Below, one piece after another: positions 40,778-50,739 of a stretch of DNA of 64,000 nt. A program made the position numbers and the translations under genes. Under the pieces are notes generated by a model, which saw only the letters and a program-made list of their open reading frames with translations, made no database searches and was not told the origin of the DNA. The stretch lies in contig CAXXVS010000001.1 of assembly GCA_963674755.2 (NCBI GenBank), forward strand, positions 1,239,777-1,303,776, in the 5' to 3' direction. The stretch's first letter is position 1. Each line of letters opens with the position of its first letter. Source of the DNA: Desulfobacterales bacterium (GTDB taxonomy: Bacteria > Desulfobacterota > Desulfobacteria > Desulfobacterales > UBA5852).

Positions 40778-43222
40778 TCAGCCGGGCCACTTCCAGTCCG
40801 TGATGTCCTCGCGATCCACGCCGTATTCATAGGCGTGGTTCATACAAGCGATTTGCTCGTCGAGCAGCGCCTCCCGCACGCTGGAGCCGGTCTCACGGAA
40901 TCGGGGGATCCGGTCGATGGCGTCGATGGCCAGGCTGAAACGGTCGGTTTGGTTGCGAATCGCCAGCTCCAGGGGGGTATTGATATTTCCCTTTTCCTTG
41001 TAGCCGCGCACATGGATGTGATGCTGGCCGGGTCGGCGGTAGGTTAGGCGGTGGATCAGCCAGGGATAGGAGTGGAAGTTGAAGACCACCGGCTTGGTCG
41101 ACGTGAAGAGCGCTTCGAACTCACGATCCGTCATCCCGTGGGGGTGTTCGGTTTGCGGCACTAGACGGAAGAGATCCACAACGTTCACGAAGCGGATTTT
41201 TATATCAGGCAAACGCCGGCGCAGCAAAGCAGTGGCGGCCAGGGACTCCTTGGTCGGCACGTCCCCGCAACTGGCCATGACCACATCCGGCTCGGCCCCC
41301 TGATCGCTGCTGGCCCAATCCCAGATGCCGGCCCCTTTCGTGCAGTGCGCCACCGCGGCGTCCATATCCAGATACTGGGGGTGAACCTGTTTGTCCGCGA
41401 CAATCACATTGATATAGTTGATGCTTCGCAGACAGTGGTCGGCCACGGAAAGGAGGCAGTTGGCATCGGGGGGCAGGTAGATGCGCACCACGCCGGGACT
41501 TTTGTTGGCGACTACATCGAGAAAACCGGGGTCCTGGTGCGTGAAGCCATTGTGATCCTGCCGCCAGACCAGGGCGGTGATCAGCAGGTTGAGCGAGGCC
41601 ACCTTGGCCCGCCAAGGCAATTCGTTGCACTTCTCCAGCCACTTGGCGTGCTGGTTGAACATGGAGTCGATGACATGGATGAACGGCTCGTAGCTGTTGA
41701 TGAACCCATGGCGACCGCTCAAAAGATACCCCTCCAGCCACCCTTCCACCGTGTGCTCGCTGAGCATCTCCATAACGCGGCCCTGCATGGCCAGCTCCCC
41801 GCCATCGGCGTCCTCCGGGAAATACGCGCCCAGCCAGACCTTCTTGGCGACCTCATAGACGGCCTGGAGCTTGTTGGATTGGGTCTCGTCCGGCCCGAAG
41901 ATGCGGAAGTCCTTCATGTTCAACCGCATAATTTCCCGCAGGAAGTTGCCCAGCGTGGGAACATTCCCGGCAACGCTTTCGCCGGGCGCCTGGACCGTGA
42001 CGGCGAAGTGGCGCAGATCGGGCATGTCCAGGGGCCGGCGCAGCAATCCGCCGTTGGCCACGGGATTGGCGCTCATACGCCGGTTCCCTTGGGGAGCCAA
42101 GGCCTTTAGTTCAGGGATCAGCCGCCCCTGTTCGTCAAAACGCTCCTCCGGTTTATAGCCGCGCATCCATGTTTCCAGCAGTTTCAGATGGGCCGGGTTG
42201 CTGGCGACATCCGTCAGCGGGATTTGGTGGGCCCGCCAGAAGCCCTCCAGGTAGTGGCCGTCCACCTCGCGAGGGGCGGTCCAGCCTTTGGGGCTGCGCA
42301 GGATGATCATGGGCCAGCGCGGCCGGAAAGCCTGGCCGGACTGCCGTGCCTTCTCCTGGACCTTTCTGATTTCCAGCACGCAGTGCTCCATGGTGGCGGC
42401 CATGGCCTGATGCATGCTGTCGGGATCGCTGCCTTCGACAAAATACGGCGTGTATCCGTACCCGACGAACAGGGCCTCCAACTCCTCATGGCTGATGCGC
42501 GCCAGGAGAGTGGGGTTGTTGATCTTGTAGCCGTTGAGGTGCAGAACCGGCAGCACAGCGCCGTCGGTGATCGGGTTGAGGAACTTGTTGCTGTGCCAGC
42601 TCGTGGCCAGGGGACCGGTCTCGGACTCGCCGTCGCCCACCATCACCAGGGTGATCAGGTCCGGGCGGTCGAAAACCGTGCCGAAGGCATGGGAGATACT
42701 ATAGCCCAGCTCGCCGCCTTCGTGGATGCTGCCCGGTGTTTCGGGTGTCGCATGGCTGCCGATTCCTCCCGGAAACGAAAACTGCTTGAAAAAACGCTGC
42801 ATCCCGTCGATATCTTCGCTCTTGTCCGGGTATATTTCCGAATAGGTGCCTTCAAGGTAGGCCTGGGACAGGACGGCGGGCGCCCCGTGGCCCGGGCCGG
42901 AAATATAGATCGCGTTCAGGTCGTACTTATTGATCAGGCGGTTGAAGTGGATGTAGGTGAAGCACTGGCCGGCATCCGAGCCCCAATGACCCAGCAGCCG
43001 CGGCTTCAAATGCTCCAGATTGAGCGGCTCCCTGAGCAGGGGGTTGTCCCTGAGATACAACATCCCCAGGCACAGGTAGAGGCTGGCCCGCCAATAGGCC
43101 TCGATCTTGCGCAGCTCATCCGGACTCAGGGGCGTCCCTTCGATTGTCGCGCGCGCCGGACCGTAAGCGCTGATGCGTTGGTCTTCGTGAACGGTCATTT
43201 GTGCTTTGTCGGGAGTTGTCAT
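40778..43222 (-). CDS. xfp: Phosphoketolase (Xu5P/F6P)
   Basis: LLGHWG, GPGHG, HEGGELGY, GDGESETGP, QDHNGFTHQDPG. Confidence 0.96.
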   Translation of the reverse strand: MTTPDKAQMTVHEDQRISAYGPARATIEGTPLSPDELRKIEAYWRASLYLCLGMLYLRDNPLLREPLNLEHLKPRLLGHWGSDAGQCFTYIHFNRLINKYDLNAIYISGPGHGAPAVLSQAYLEGTYSEIYPDKSEDIDGMQRFFKQFSFPGGIGSHATPETPGSIHEGGELGYSISHAFGTVFDRPDLITLVMVGDGESETGPLATSWHSNKFLNPITDGAVLPVLHLNGYKINNPTLLARISHEELEALFVGYGYTPYFVEGSDPDSMHQAMAATMEHCVLEIRKVQEKARQSGQAFRPRWPMIILRSPKGWTAPREVDGHYLEGFWRAHQIPLTDVASNPAHLKLLETWMRGYKPEERFDEQGRLIPELKALAPQGNRRMSANPVANGGLLRRPLDMPDLRHFAVTVQAPGESVAGNVPTLGNFLREIMRLNMKDFRIFGPDETQSNKLQAVYEVAKKVWLGAYFPEDADGGELAMQGRVMEMLSEHTVEGWLEGYLLSGRHGFINSYEPFIHVIDSMFNQHAKWLEKCNELPWRAKVASLNLLITALVWRQDHNGFTHQDPGFLDVVANKSPGVVRIYLPPDANCLLSVADHCLRSINYINVIVADKQVHPQYLDMDAAVAHCTKGAGIWDWASSDQGAEPDVVMASCGDVPTKESLAATALLRRRLPDIKIRFVNVVDLFRLVPQTEHPHGMTDREFEALFTSTKPVVFNFHSYPWLIHRLTYRRPGQHHIHVRGYKEKGNINTPLELAIRNQTDRFSLAIDAIDRIPRFRETGSSVREALLDEQIACMNHAYEYGVDREDITDWKWPG

Positions 43223-44119
43223 ATAGGTACGCTCCTTTCCAGGACCAAGTCCCTGCTGTCGGCAGATAGCCCTTCTCCCTTGAATGTTACCGTTGCTCTG
43301 TCTTCTGGTTGCTTGCGGCGCTGTCGGAGGCGGGCACGCTTCTCCCCCCGTCGTGGGGGAAAAGCCAGGGGAGGAGGCTTATGGATCTCAAGGCGATAAC
43401 GTTTTCTCTAATAGTTTATCGAGAACAGGCGACAAATGGGGTCAGCAATGTATCTTGGGTGAAATCTTATCCCATCATCCATAATGGTTTCGGTTTCACG
43501 GCCGCATCCGATGGTTGGTGATTTGCATTTCACTGAGCCCATCATCCGGTTGACGCTGTTTGCCTGCCGGAAGGCATCATGAAGGGTCGGTCGGATCGGG
43601 GGGCGGATGGAACCCGGGCGTTAACCAAAGAGGCATGTCTGCCTGAGCAAATAGCGGATTACCATGTGAATAAGGATGGGCCGAATAGCATAGAAGGCTT
43701 CGATGCCCATGGCCTTATCGAAAAAGAGAAGTGGTCCTCTATAGCCGGCTTGCTTGTCGGCATCCTGCTCGCGATAATCGGAACCATGATGCTCAGGAGC
43801 ACCACCCCACAGATCGTCTATGCATATGAACATGATGATGAGGAAGAGCCGCTGGAAGAGCGGAGGTTCAGGCTCTGATCAATCTTTCTCTGCTGAAAAT
43901 TTTTCACGCCGCCGGCCCGAAATGGCTCCTGCTGATAAGAACAGTGGGAGCCATCTTTTATTTGACAGTATGATACGACTTGGTTTACAGGCAATGAATC
44001 TAACGCACTACATGCCCTGCCCCTAAATAGCGAACAATCCGAAATCCACCACAGAATTCACATCCGCTTTTCGATCCACAGCTGCTGAACCATTCAATAT
44101 CCCTCCTCAAAGCCGGCAA

Positions 44120-44210
44120 AATTTGTCTCAACCAAGGATAGGGCCATGATGCGAGGGCACCTGAAATTGCCGGTTTATTGCCTCCAGCGGTGATTTGCCT
44201 CTGGGGGCTT
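44120..44210 (+). repeat. 91-bp leader repeat, copy 1
   Basis: Six mismatches to 44927-45017; ends in a GC hairpin. Confidence 0.9.
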
Positions 44211-44275
44211 TGGGAACAATTGGCTCGTCTCAAATTCATTCTTCCTACCCATTTATGCAATCAAAGGAGGTCATC

Positions 44276-44608
44276 ATGCCGATAATCGTGATTGATACCC
44301 ATTATCCTGCAAGCCAAAACCAAGAAGTTTTGACAGCCTGGCTTGGTGCTTTAGAAAAATATCCCCCTCCCAAGGACCTTGGAAAACCCTTAATCGAGAA
44401 TGCCGTCTCAAGTGGATATGACGGTCTCAGGGTTTTTTCCGCCTTTCAGACGAACCCCGGAAAATACGAGGAGGCAGCGGCATATTTCAGAAAATTCATG
44501 ACCAGCTTTTTTCATATTGAAGACTACTACTATGAAATGGCCACCTGGGCGACCATTGAGGAAGCAATGGAATCCATCGGTGCGAAAATGCCTGAACGCT
44601 CATCGTAA
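44276..44608 (+). CDS. Hypothetical 110-aa protein, distant paralog of 45081-45380
   Basis: AAGGAGG RBS; shared YP and EEA...IG pattern. Confidence 0.75.
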   Translation: MPIIVIDTHYPASQNQEVLTAWLGALEKYPPPKDLGKPLIENAVSSGYDGLRVFSAFQTNPGKYEEAAAYFRKFMTSFFHIEDYYYEMATWATIEEAMESIGAKMPERSS

Positions 44609-44722
44609 AAGATCAGGCCTGTAAATCAGATCTGCCATTTTGATACAGCCGGTATGGCTTTATCGAGGTTGTGCCGGCTGTAATGCCTCACAAATAAGCG
44701 TCTCGGTTGACATATCAGTGGG

Positions 44723-44920
44723 CAAAAGCAGGTTGCCGCGCGCAGTCTTTTGTGTTTCTGGGCGGTAGACGAATCGGGACTCAGTGTGACCGCACTTGGG
44801 AAAAAGTTGGGTATCTCCGCGCCAGCTGTCAGCAAATCGTGCAGCGTGGTGGCGCTGCGATTATTCACGAAATGGTTATACGCTAGAGTGAAATTAAGAG
44901 AGAAAGGGCGTCCCCAAAAC
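44723..44920 (+). mobile_element. Relic of the RAYT element 3' end
   Basis: Diverged copy of ~46484-46680, including AAGGGCGTCCCC (44904-44915). Confidence 0.85.
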
Positions 44921-44926
44921 TAACCC

Positions 44927-45017
44927 AATTTGTCTCAATCAAGGATAGGGCCATGATGCGAGGGCACCTGAAACTGCCATTTTATTGCCTCCAGGGGTGA
45001 TCTGCCTCTGGGGGCTT
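44927..45017 (+). repeat. 91-bp leader repeat, copy 2
   Basis: See 44120-44210. Confidence 0.9.
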
Positions 45018-45080
45018 CTACAAGCGATTGATTCGTCAAAGCAAACCCACCCCTTCACCTTTCTGAGAAAGGAGAGACCA

Positions 45081-45380
45081 ATGGTTATCGTTATTAAAAT
45101 TTCCTACCCCACAGAATCATCTAAAGAAATGGCCAAAAGATTTATTGAAGGCCCACAGATGCCTGATTACATCATTCGCAAAGGGCCTTATGTAACTTCG
45201 GATACCAAGGAGGGGGTACATGTATTGACGGTTTACGAGCTTGATAACTCGCGGTTGGCTGAAGGGCTTGATTTCTCCGCGTCCCATGCGACGATTTTCT
45301 ATGGGGTTCCAGGATTCAAATATGAAATCAAGCCCTACTTTGAAGTTGAGGAAGCCTTGAAATTAATCGGTATGGGATAG
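45081..45380 (+). CDS. Hypothetical 99-aa protein
   Basis: AAGGAG RBS; paralog of 44276-44608. Confidence 0.75.
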   Translation: MVIVIKISYPTESSKEMAKRFIEGPQMPDYIIRKGPYVTSDTKEGVHVLTVYELDNSRLAEGLDFSASHATIFYGVPGFKYEIKPYFEVEEALKLIGMG

Positions 45381-45609
45381 CGTCACGGTATGCAGCCGGT
45401 GCAGTTTTATCAGAGCTGTGCCGGTTGTAACTCTTTCAAAATAATTGCGACGGTCGGCCCATCCGAGTGTAACATTCAAAGTGAGTGCAACAGGCACCCG
45501 TGCAACTGTAATTACAATGTGCCCTAAAAAGTGTCACAAAACACCGAAAAGTGTAATTTAGTCGTTATTACAAATAGTTATCGCGTTACAAAATTGCAGA
45601 GGACATAAT

Positions 45610-46675
45610 GGGGACGCCCTTAATTTATTAACTTGGCGTTTGATAGCGGGTTTGATACGCTTCCGCGCATGCCACGCCAATCCCGCTTAGACGCCCCCGG
45701 CGCCCTGCACCACATCATCGTTCGCGGTATCGAGCAGCGCAATATTTTTGCCGACGATCGTGATCGATGCGACTTCCTCGACCGTTTGGGCGCTATTGTT
45801 GAAGAGACCAATACCGGCTGTTACGCCTGGACCCTGATTCCCAACCATTTCCATCTCTTGTTGCGCACTGGCAGCGTTCCAATAGCCACCGTGATGCGGC
45901 GTCTGCTGACCGGACATGCCGCACGATACAACCGCCGCCATCGCCGCAACGGGCATCTGTTCCCAAATCGTTACAAATCCATCCTCTGCCAGGAGGACAG
46001 CTATTTCCTGGAACTGGTGCGTTACATCCATTTGAACCCTCTGCGGGCCAAACTGGTCGAGGACATGGACCGCCTCGGTAAATATCCCTTTTCCGGCCAC
46101 AGCGTCATCATAGGCAAAACTCATCGATCCTGGCAGGATATCGATAGAGTGTTAAGTCATTTTGGGCAACAAAGAGGACCGGCGCGTCGCAGCTACCGTT
46201 CGTTTGTCTCGAAAGGAATAAAGCATGGAAGGCGACCGGATCTCACCGGAGGCGGATTGATTCGGAGCCAGGGTGGCTGGGAGGCGGTCAAAAGCCTACG
46301 AAAAACCGGAGAGCACCGCAAAAGCGATGAACGCATCCTCGGCGATAGTGATTTCGTCAAAAAAGTGCTGGCCCAAAGCGAGGAGGCCTTGGAGCGAAGG
46401 GCATCGGCATCGAGGATATTGCCGAGCGTGTGGCGCATCTGCTCGGAATGACATACGATGAGGTATGGCTTCCCGGCAAATATCAAAAGCAGGTTGCTGC
46501 GCGCAGTCTTCTGTGTTTCTGGGCGGTAAACGAGTTGAGATTCAGCGTGACCGCACTTGGGGAAAAGTTGGGTATTTCCGCACCGGCTGTCAGCAAACCG
46601 GTACTGCGTGGCGCTGCAATTGTCCAAGAAAATGGCTATGCTATTTTGGGAAGTTAAGAGGGAAAGGGCGTCCCC
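45610..46675 (+). mobile_element. REP-associated tyrosine transposase (RAYT/Y1 HUH) element with 12-bp terminal inverted repeats; ORF from 45669 frameshifted near 46400
   Basis: HHIIVRG, PNHFHLL, YIHLNP; C-terminal HTH in another frame (46430-46657); GGGGACGCCCTT...AAGGGCGTCCCC. Confidence 0.85.
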
Positions 46676-46680
46676 AAAAC

Positions 46681-47548
46681 GCCCCCAGAGATCTTTATGC
46701 CGGCGATGATTTTGGGCTTCAACTGGATGAGACCGTATACGCCCTTGATGCCAGCATCATCGATCTTTGTTTATCCGTGTTCCCGTGGGCGGGCTTTCGA
46801 AAAACCAAAAGCGCGGTGAAGTTGCATACGCTCTTGGATCTAAGAGGGAACATTCCCTCTTTTGTTGCCATCACCGACGGGAGATATCACGAGGTTAATA
46901 TCCTCGACGTTTTGCTGATGGAACCCGGCGCGATTTACATCATGGATCGCGGCTATCGCGATTTTGAGCGCCTTTACAATGTGGACCAAGCCGCTGCGTT
47001 TTTTATTATTCGGTCCAAAGCCAACACGCGAATGCGACGGCTTTATTCACAGCCTGTGGATAAGCCCTGCGGATTGCGCTGTGATCAGATTGTCGTTCCA
47101 GCAGGATTTTACGCGGCCAAGGATTATCCGGGAAAGCTTCGCCGGATTAAATATTACGATCAAGATCGGAAGCGCCATCTTGTTTTTCTAACCAACCATT
47201 TCAAATTACCGGCGCTACAGGTCGCCGAACTTTACCGCTACCGCTGGAAGGTGGAACTCTTCTTCAAATGGATCAAACAGCATCTGAGGATCAAGGCCTT
47301 TTACGGTACATCCGAGAATGCGGTGAAGACGCAAATCTGGATCGCCATTACGGTTTATGTGTTGGTGGCGATCATCAAAAAGCAGCTGAAAATCGAGTTG
47401 AGCCTCTACACAATTTTACAGATTTTGAGTTTGACTAGTTTTGAAAAATTATCGCTATTACAGCTGCTTACGGAAAACGAATACAAAAATCAAATTACTA
47501 CCGGACATATGTAGCTGAATTTATTCGATTCTTAACCGGACACTACTG
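46681..47548 (+). mobile_element. 5'-truncated IS4-family transposase with right end
   Basis: ALDAS, KLHTLLD, MDRGY, YRYRWKVELFFKWIKQ; stop at 47512-47514; end sequence TAACCGGACACTACTG. Confidence 0.88.
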
Positions 47549-47656
47549 ATATTATGTGGAATACTACATAAGAAAAGCAAACTTGTTATTTTGTTCTGAA
47601 TAATGGCAATTTTTAATATATTTCGATTTTCTCTAATTCGTTTAGGGGGAGTTGGG

Positions 47657-48385
47657 CTAATTGGCCGTTGTCGGTTTCGAGATAGTACATGATCCAGGCG
47701 GGGCCGTTTGGTTGCTTTTAATAATACCTTGAAAAACTCTACGACCTTTCTCAGTTAAACTCCAATAATTCTTTGGTTCTCCTGTTGTAACTGCAAATCC
47801 ATGCATGTGAAGCCATGATAATAATTCATAGACCTTTTCAATTGCAACTTTAGTTTCCTTTTGTATACCACGCACAGTTCTTCTGCTGTATTTACTTGCC
47901 CCTAATGCTTTTATTATCTTTGGCTGATCTTCTCCAACAAGGCCGTATGATTGGATACGAAAAGCACCATTAGATTGTTTCTCAGTTTCAGGATCTTCAA
48001 TTTCTGGTTCAGTTTCCTTGATAATGATTGGATCAACTTCTTCTTTCAGATTTTTAACATCACGTTTGGCTTCTTCTGCGGTTCGAAGAACTTTTTGAGA
48101 AAGGGATTGGATCATTGATCTTGAAGAAATTGCTCCAAGTAAACAAAAGCCAAAAAAAACATAATAATCTACAGATTTTGATTTACTTTCTAAAATATCA
48201 GTTAACAAGGAGCTTGAAATTGTGTTTAAGAATAACGGCACAAGAAATGATGCTCCAACACCAACAATAATAGCCCACCAAGCTTCTCTAAATTTGGTTT
48301 CTGTAGATCTTCCAAGCACAAAGTTAATGAAACCCCCCAATACTCCTGCAACAAAAATGATTAAAATAACGATGTAGTTTTCCAT
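47657..48385 (-). CDS. Three-TM YLATT-like (YEATS-associated) protein with C-terminal wHTH-like domain
   Basis: GVLGG, LVPLFLNTISSSLL, FGFCLLGAISSR; coiled linker; WSLTEKG wing; AT-rich. Confidence 0.6.
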   Translation of the reverse strand: MENYIVILIIFVAGVLGGFINFVLGRSTETKFREAWWAIIVGVGASFLVPLFLNTISSSLLTDILESKSKSVDYYVFFGFCLLGAISSRSMIQSLSQKVLRTAEEAKRDVKNLKEEVDPIIIKETEPEIEDPETEKQSNGAFRIQSYGLVGEDQPKIIKALGASKYSRRTVRGIQKETKVAIEKVYELLSWLHMHGFAVTTGEPKNYWSLTEKGRRVFQGIIKSNQTAPPGSCTISKPTTAN

Positions 48386-48805
48386 TTATACAACCTTTAT
48401 TATTGAAACTCTATTTACAACCTTCCACCTATCTGGAACATATTTTTAAAGGAGGAAAACCCGTTTGACATTTAAAAGACGCTGGCTTGTTAAGTCACAA
48501 TGTGTTTGGCATTTCGGATGATTCTCTGGATGTTTTTGGTTGTTGATCTGAGCCGATCATCGATTTGATAGGGGAAATGGTAGTCGGCAGCGTCCGGGTC
48601 TGTCAGCCATTTGGTTATCGAATTCATAGGCGATTTGTTCAGGATTGTTAGGCGAATAATTAATAATTAAGATGCGACCCTATTCGGTTCCCTATTCGGT
48701 TCCTTGTTGGAATATTTTTGTTTAGTGAGTTTAAGTTATAGATTAATTGATATGAAGTGGGATATTTGGGGTTGAATAGGTTTGCCAGAAAATTAAAGGT
48801 TGATT

Positions 48806-50524
48806 TCATATTTCGTAATCTTCAATCCTAAATAATTTATCATCCTCAGACAATTTTAAAATAAAGAATTCTTCATTGTCTAATTGTGAAGGGAGCTTGT
48901 CTTTAAGTATTGATGCCACGAATTGTATATTGCTTCTATTTACTAAATCAGCAATTTTAACCAATTGATTATCATGCATAAGCTCCTTCTTGTCATTTAA
49001 CAAGAAATGCATGCAAGGGATATTCTCTTCATCTGCAAAAAAGGTGTATGCTATATCAAAACAAGAAATTTCACCTTGTTTTTTACCAGAGCTGAAATTT
49101 AGATTAAAAGCGCTGAATTTATATAACTGCTGACCTTTACTGTTGGTAACTTTATCGTGTTTTAATGCATATTGTTCTCCATACAAGGTGTTTGAAGTTG
49201 ATGAAAAATGCTTATTAAACTTATTAATTTGAAGTTTCACTGTTGCTTCAAAATCATCAGAAAAAAGATCATCATTTATAATTTTAAGTTCTTCATTGTA
49301 GGCTTGTAAATTTTTTTCAACCTCTTCTAATTGTTGAATTGTGCTCTCATAATCTCCTTTTTTCCTATACTTTTCGTTGAGTTCAACAATTAGGTTTTCT
49401 AATTCTTCAAAAGAATCACTTTTTGATATAAGAGCAGAAAGCTCAGCTTCTTTTTTTAGTAATAACTTAAGATCAATATTCTTTTCATTAATAATTTTTC
49501 TAAGAGCTGGAAGTTCTTTGGTGATATAGTTAATTTTTTCATTAATCATCTGATTGTGATAATGTACCATATCCTCAAATGACTTTTGAATAGAAGCAAT
49601 GTTTATTTTGGCTTGATTATATATTATTTGCAGCTGCTGAAAATCAATTTCCGAAGTGCTAGACGATAATTCCTTCTCAGTTTCAAGAATTAAATCTTTC
49701 CTTATATTAAATTTGCTAATTTCAGAGCTTAATAAATTTATCTGATATTTTATCTGATTTAATTTTTCTAAATCTTCCTCGAAATGTTCATTGATATTTA
49801 AATTTTCCCGTTTTTTGTTTAAATTTTCTATATCAATATCAAGTAAAGATAATGCCGCTTCATATGCAGATTTTGTTTGAAATTTTTCTAAACGGTTTTT
49901 AAAGCTGGTTTCTTGTTTAATTTTTTGTAAAATTTCTTGTTTAGTATTACCCTTAGAAAAATCGCAACCTAAAAGAAACAAATACAGAGTTTCGTATTCA
50001 GCATCGGTAGTGTACTTATCAAGCGTTTTAAGCGTATTATTGATGCTTAAATCTTTATAACGAATGTTGTGTGAGATAATCTGTCTAAATGTAGGCTTAT
50101 AGGCTGAATGCTCAGGAAAGAATAATTCCTTTAATTTTTGTTCAAAATCGACTTCGGTATAATTTTCACCATTTATTTTACGCATTATTTTATTTCTGGA
50201 CAAAAAATTACGCTCTATAGTAAAAGTTTTAGCATTTTTATCGTAAAAATCATCCGCAATACATAAAGAAATTACAATATTATTTTTTATCAAGAAATCT
50301 TTTACTAGTTTATAGATAATTTTTTTAGATTCAGGATCTTCATAAATTATTTTTTGCTTTGCGCCAAAACAAAAATCGATTAATTTTAAAACAGTTGTCT
50401 TACCTACGCCATTCCCTGTAATCTTTCCTTCACTTTCATCAACAATAAGATTTATACCCATTCGAAATTGGATTTCACGAATTATTTCAGACGGGCTAGA
50501 AATCGTAAGGGATTTTAGGAACAT
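48806..50524 (-). CDS. SMC-like ABC ATPase (DUF2326) of an ABC-three-component/Lamassu system, LmuB-like
   Basis: Walker A GNGVGKTT, long coiled coil, FSSGKKQGEI signature, FLLND. Confidence 0.85.
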   Translation of the reverse strand: MFLKSLTISSPSEIIREIQFRMGINLIVDESEGKITGNGVGKTTVLKLIDFCFGAKQKIIYEDPESKKIIYKLVKDFLIKNNIVISLCIADDFYDKNAKTFTIERNFLSRNKIMRKINGENYTEVDFEQKLKELFFPEHSAYKPTFRQIISHNIRYKDLSINNTLKTLDKYTTDAEYETLYLFLLGCDFSKGNTKQEILQKIKQETSFKNRLEKFQTKSAYEAALSLLDIDIENLNKKRENLNINEHFEEDLEKLNQIKYQINLLSSEISKFNIRKDLILETEKELSSSTSEIDFQQLQIIYNQAKINIASIQKSFEDMVHYHNQMINEKINYITKELPALRKIINEKNIDLKLLLKKEAELSALISKSDSFEELENLIVELNEKYRKKGDYESTIQQLEEVEKNLQAYNEELKIINDDLFSDDFEATVKLQINKFNKHFSSTSNTLYGEQYALKHDKVTNSKGQQLYKFSAFNLNFSSGKKQGEISCFDIAYTFFADEENIPCMHFLLNDKKELMHDNQLVKIADLVNRSNIQFVASILKDKLPSQLDNEEFFILKLSEDDKLFRIEDYEI

Positions 50525-50739
50525 AATTCAACCAGGTCTTTTCTAAATTCAGCTGTGTCAATAATATAAAGCCAATCAAGGCATAAGACAAATACCGGAA
50601 AAGACATTTTCTGCACTTGATTGACTTTTTGATAGAGTTCTAACATTCCAATTTTATTGTTATCATGCAACACTTTCAGGACAATAGCCCCGTTAAAATA
50701 GATACTATTTACAGGATGTACGTTATCAGGGAGCAGCAT
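50515..50739 (-). CDS. ABC-3C middle component, LmuC-like
   Basis: 74 aa, MLLPDNVHP..SIYFNG..LDWLY; overlaps both neighbours. Confidence 0.8.
   Translation of the reverse strand: MLLPDNVHPVNSIYFNGAIVLKVLHDNNKIGMLELYQKVNQVQKMSFPVFVLCLDWLYIIDTAEFRKDLVELCS

Noticed and set aside
43579..43878. 99-aa ORF with one TM segment
   Set aside because: No family recognised and the start is weak; possibly a 3' gene fragment.
44156..44171. Sigma54 promoter within the 91-bp leader
   Set aside because: GG-to-GC spacing is 11, not 10.
48678..48702. Tandem CCCTATTCGGTT duplication
   Set aside because: Only two copies; probably a slippage or insertion scar with no further support.
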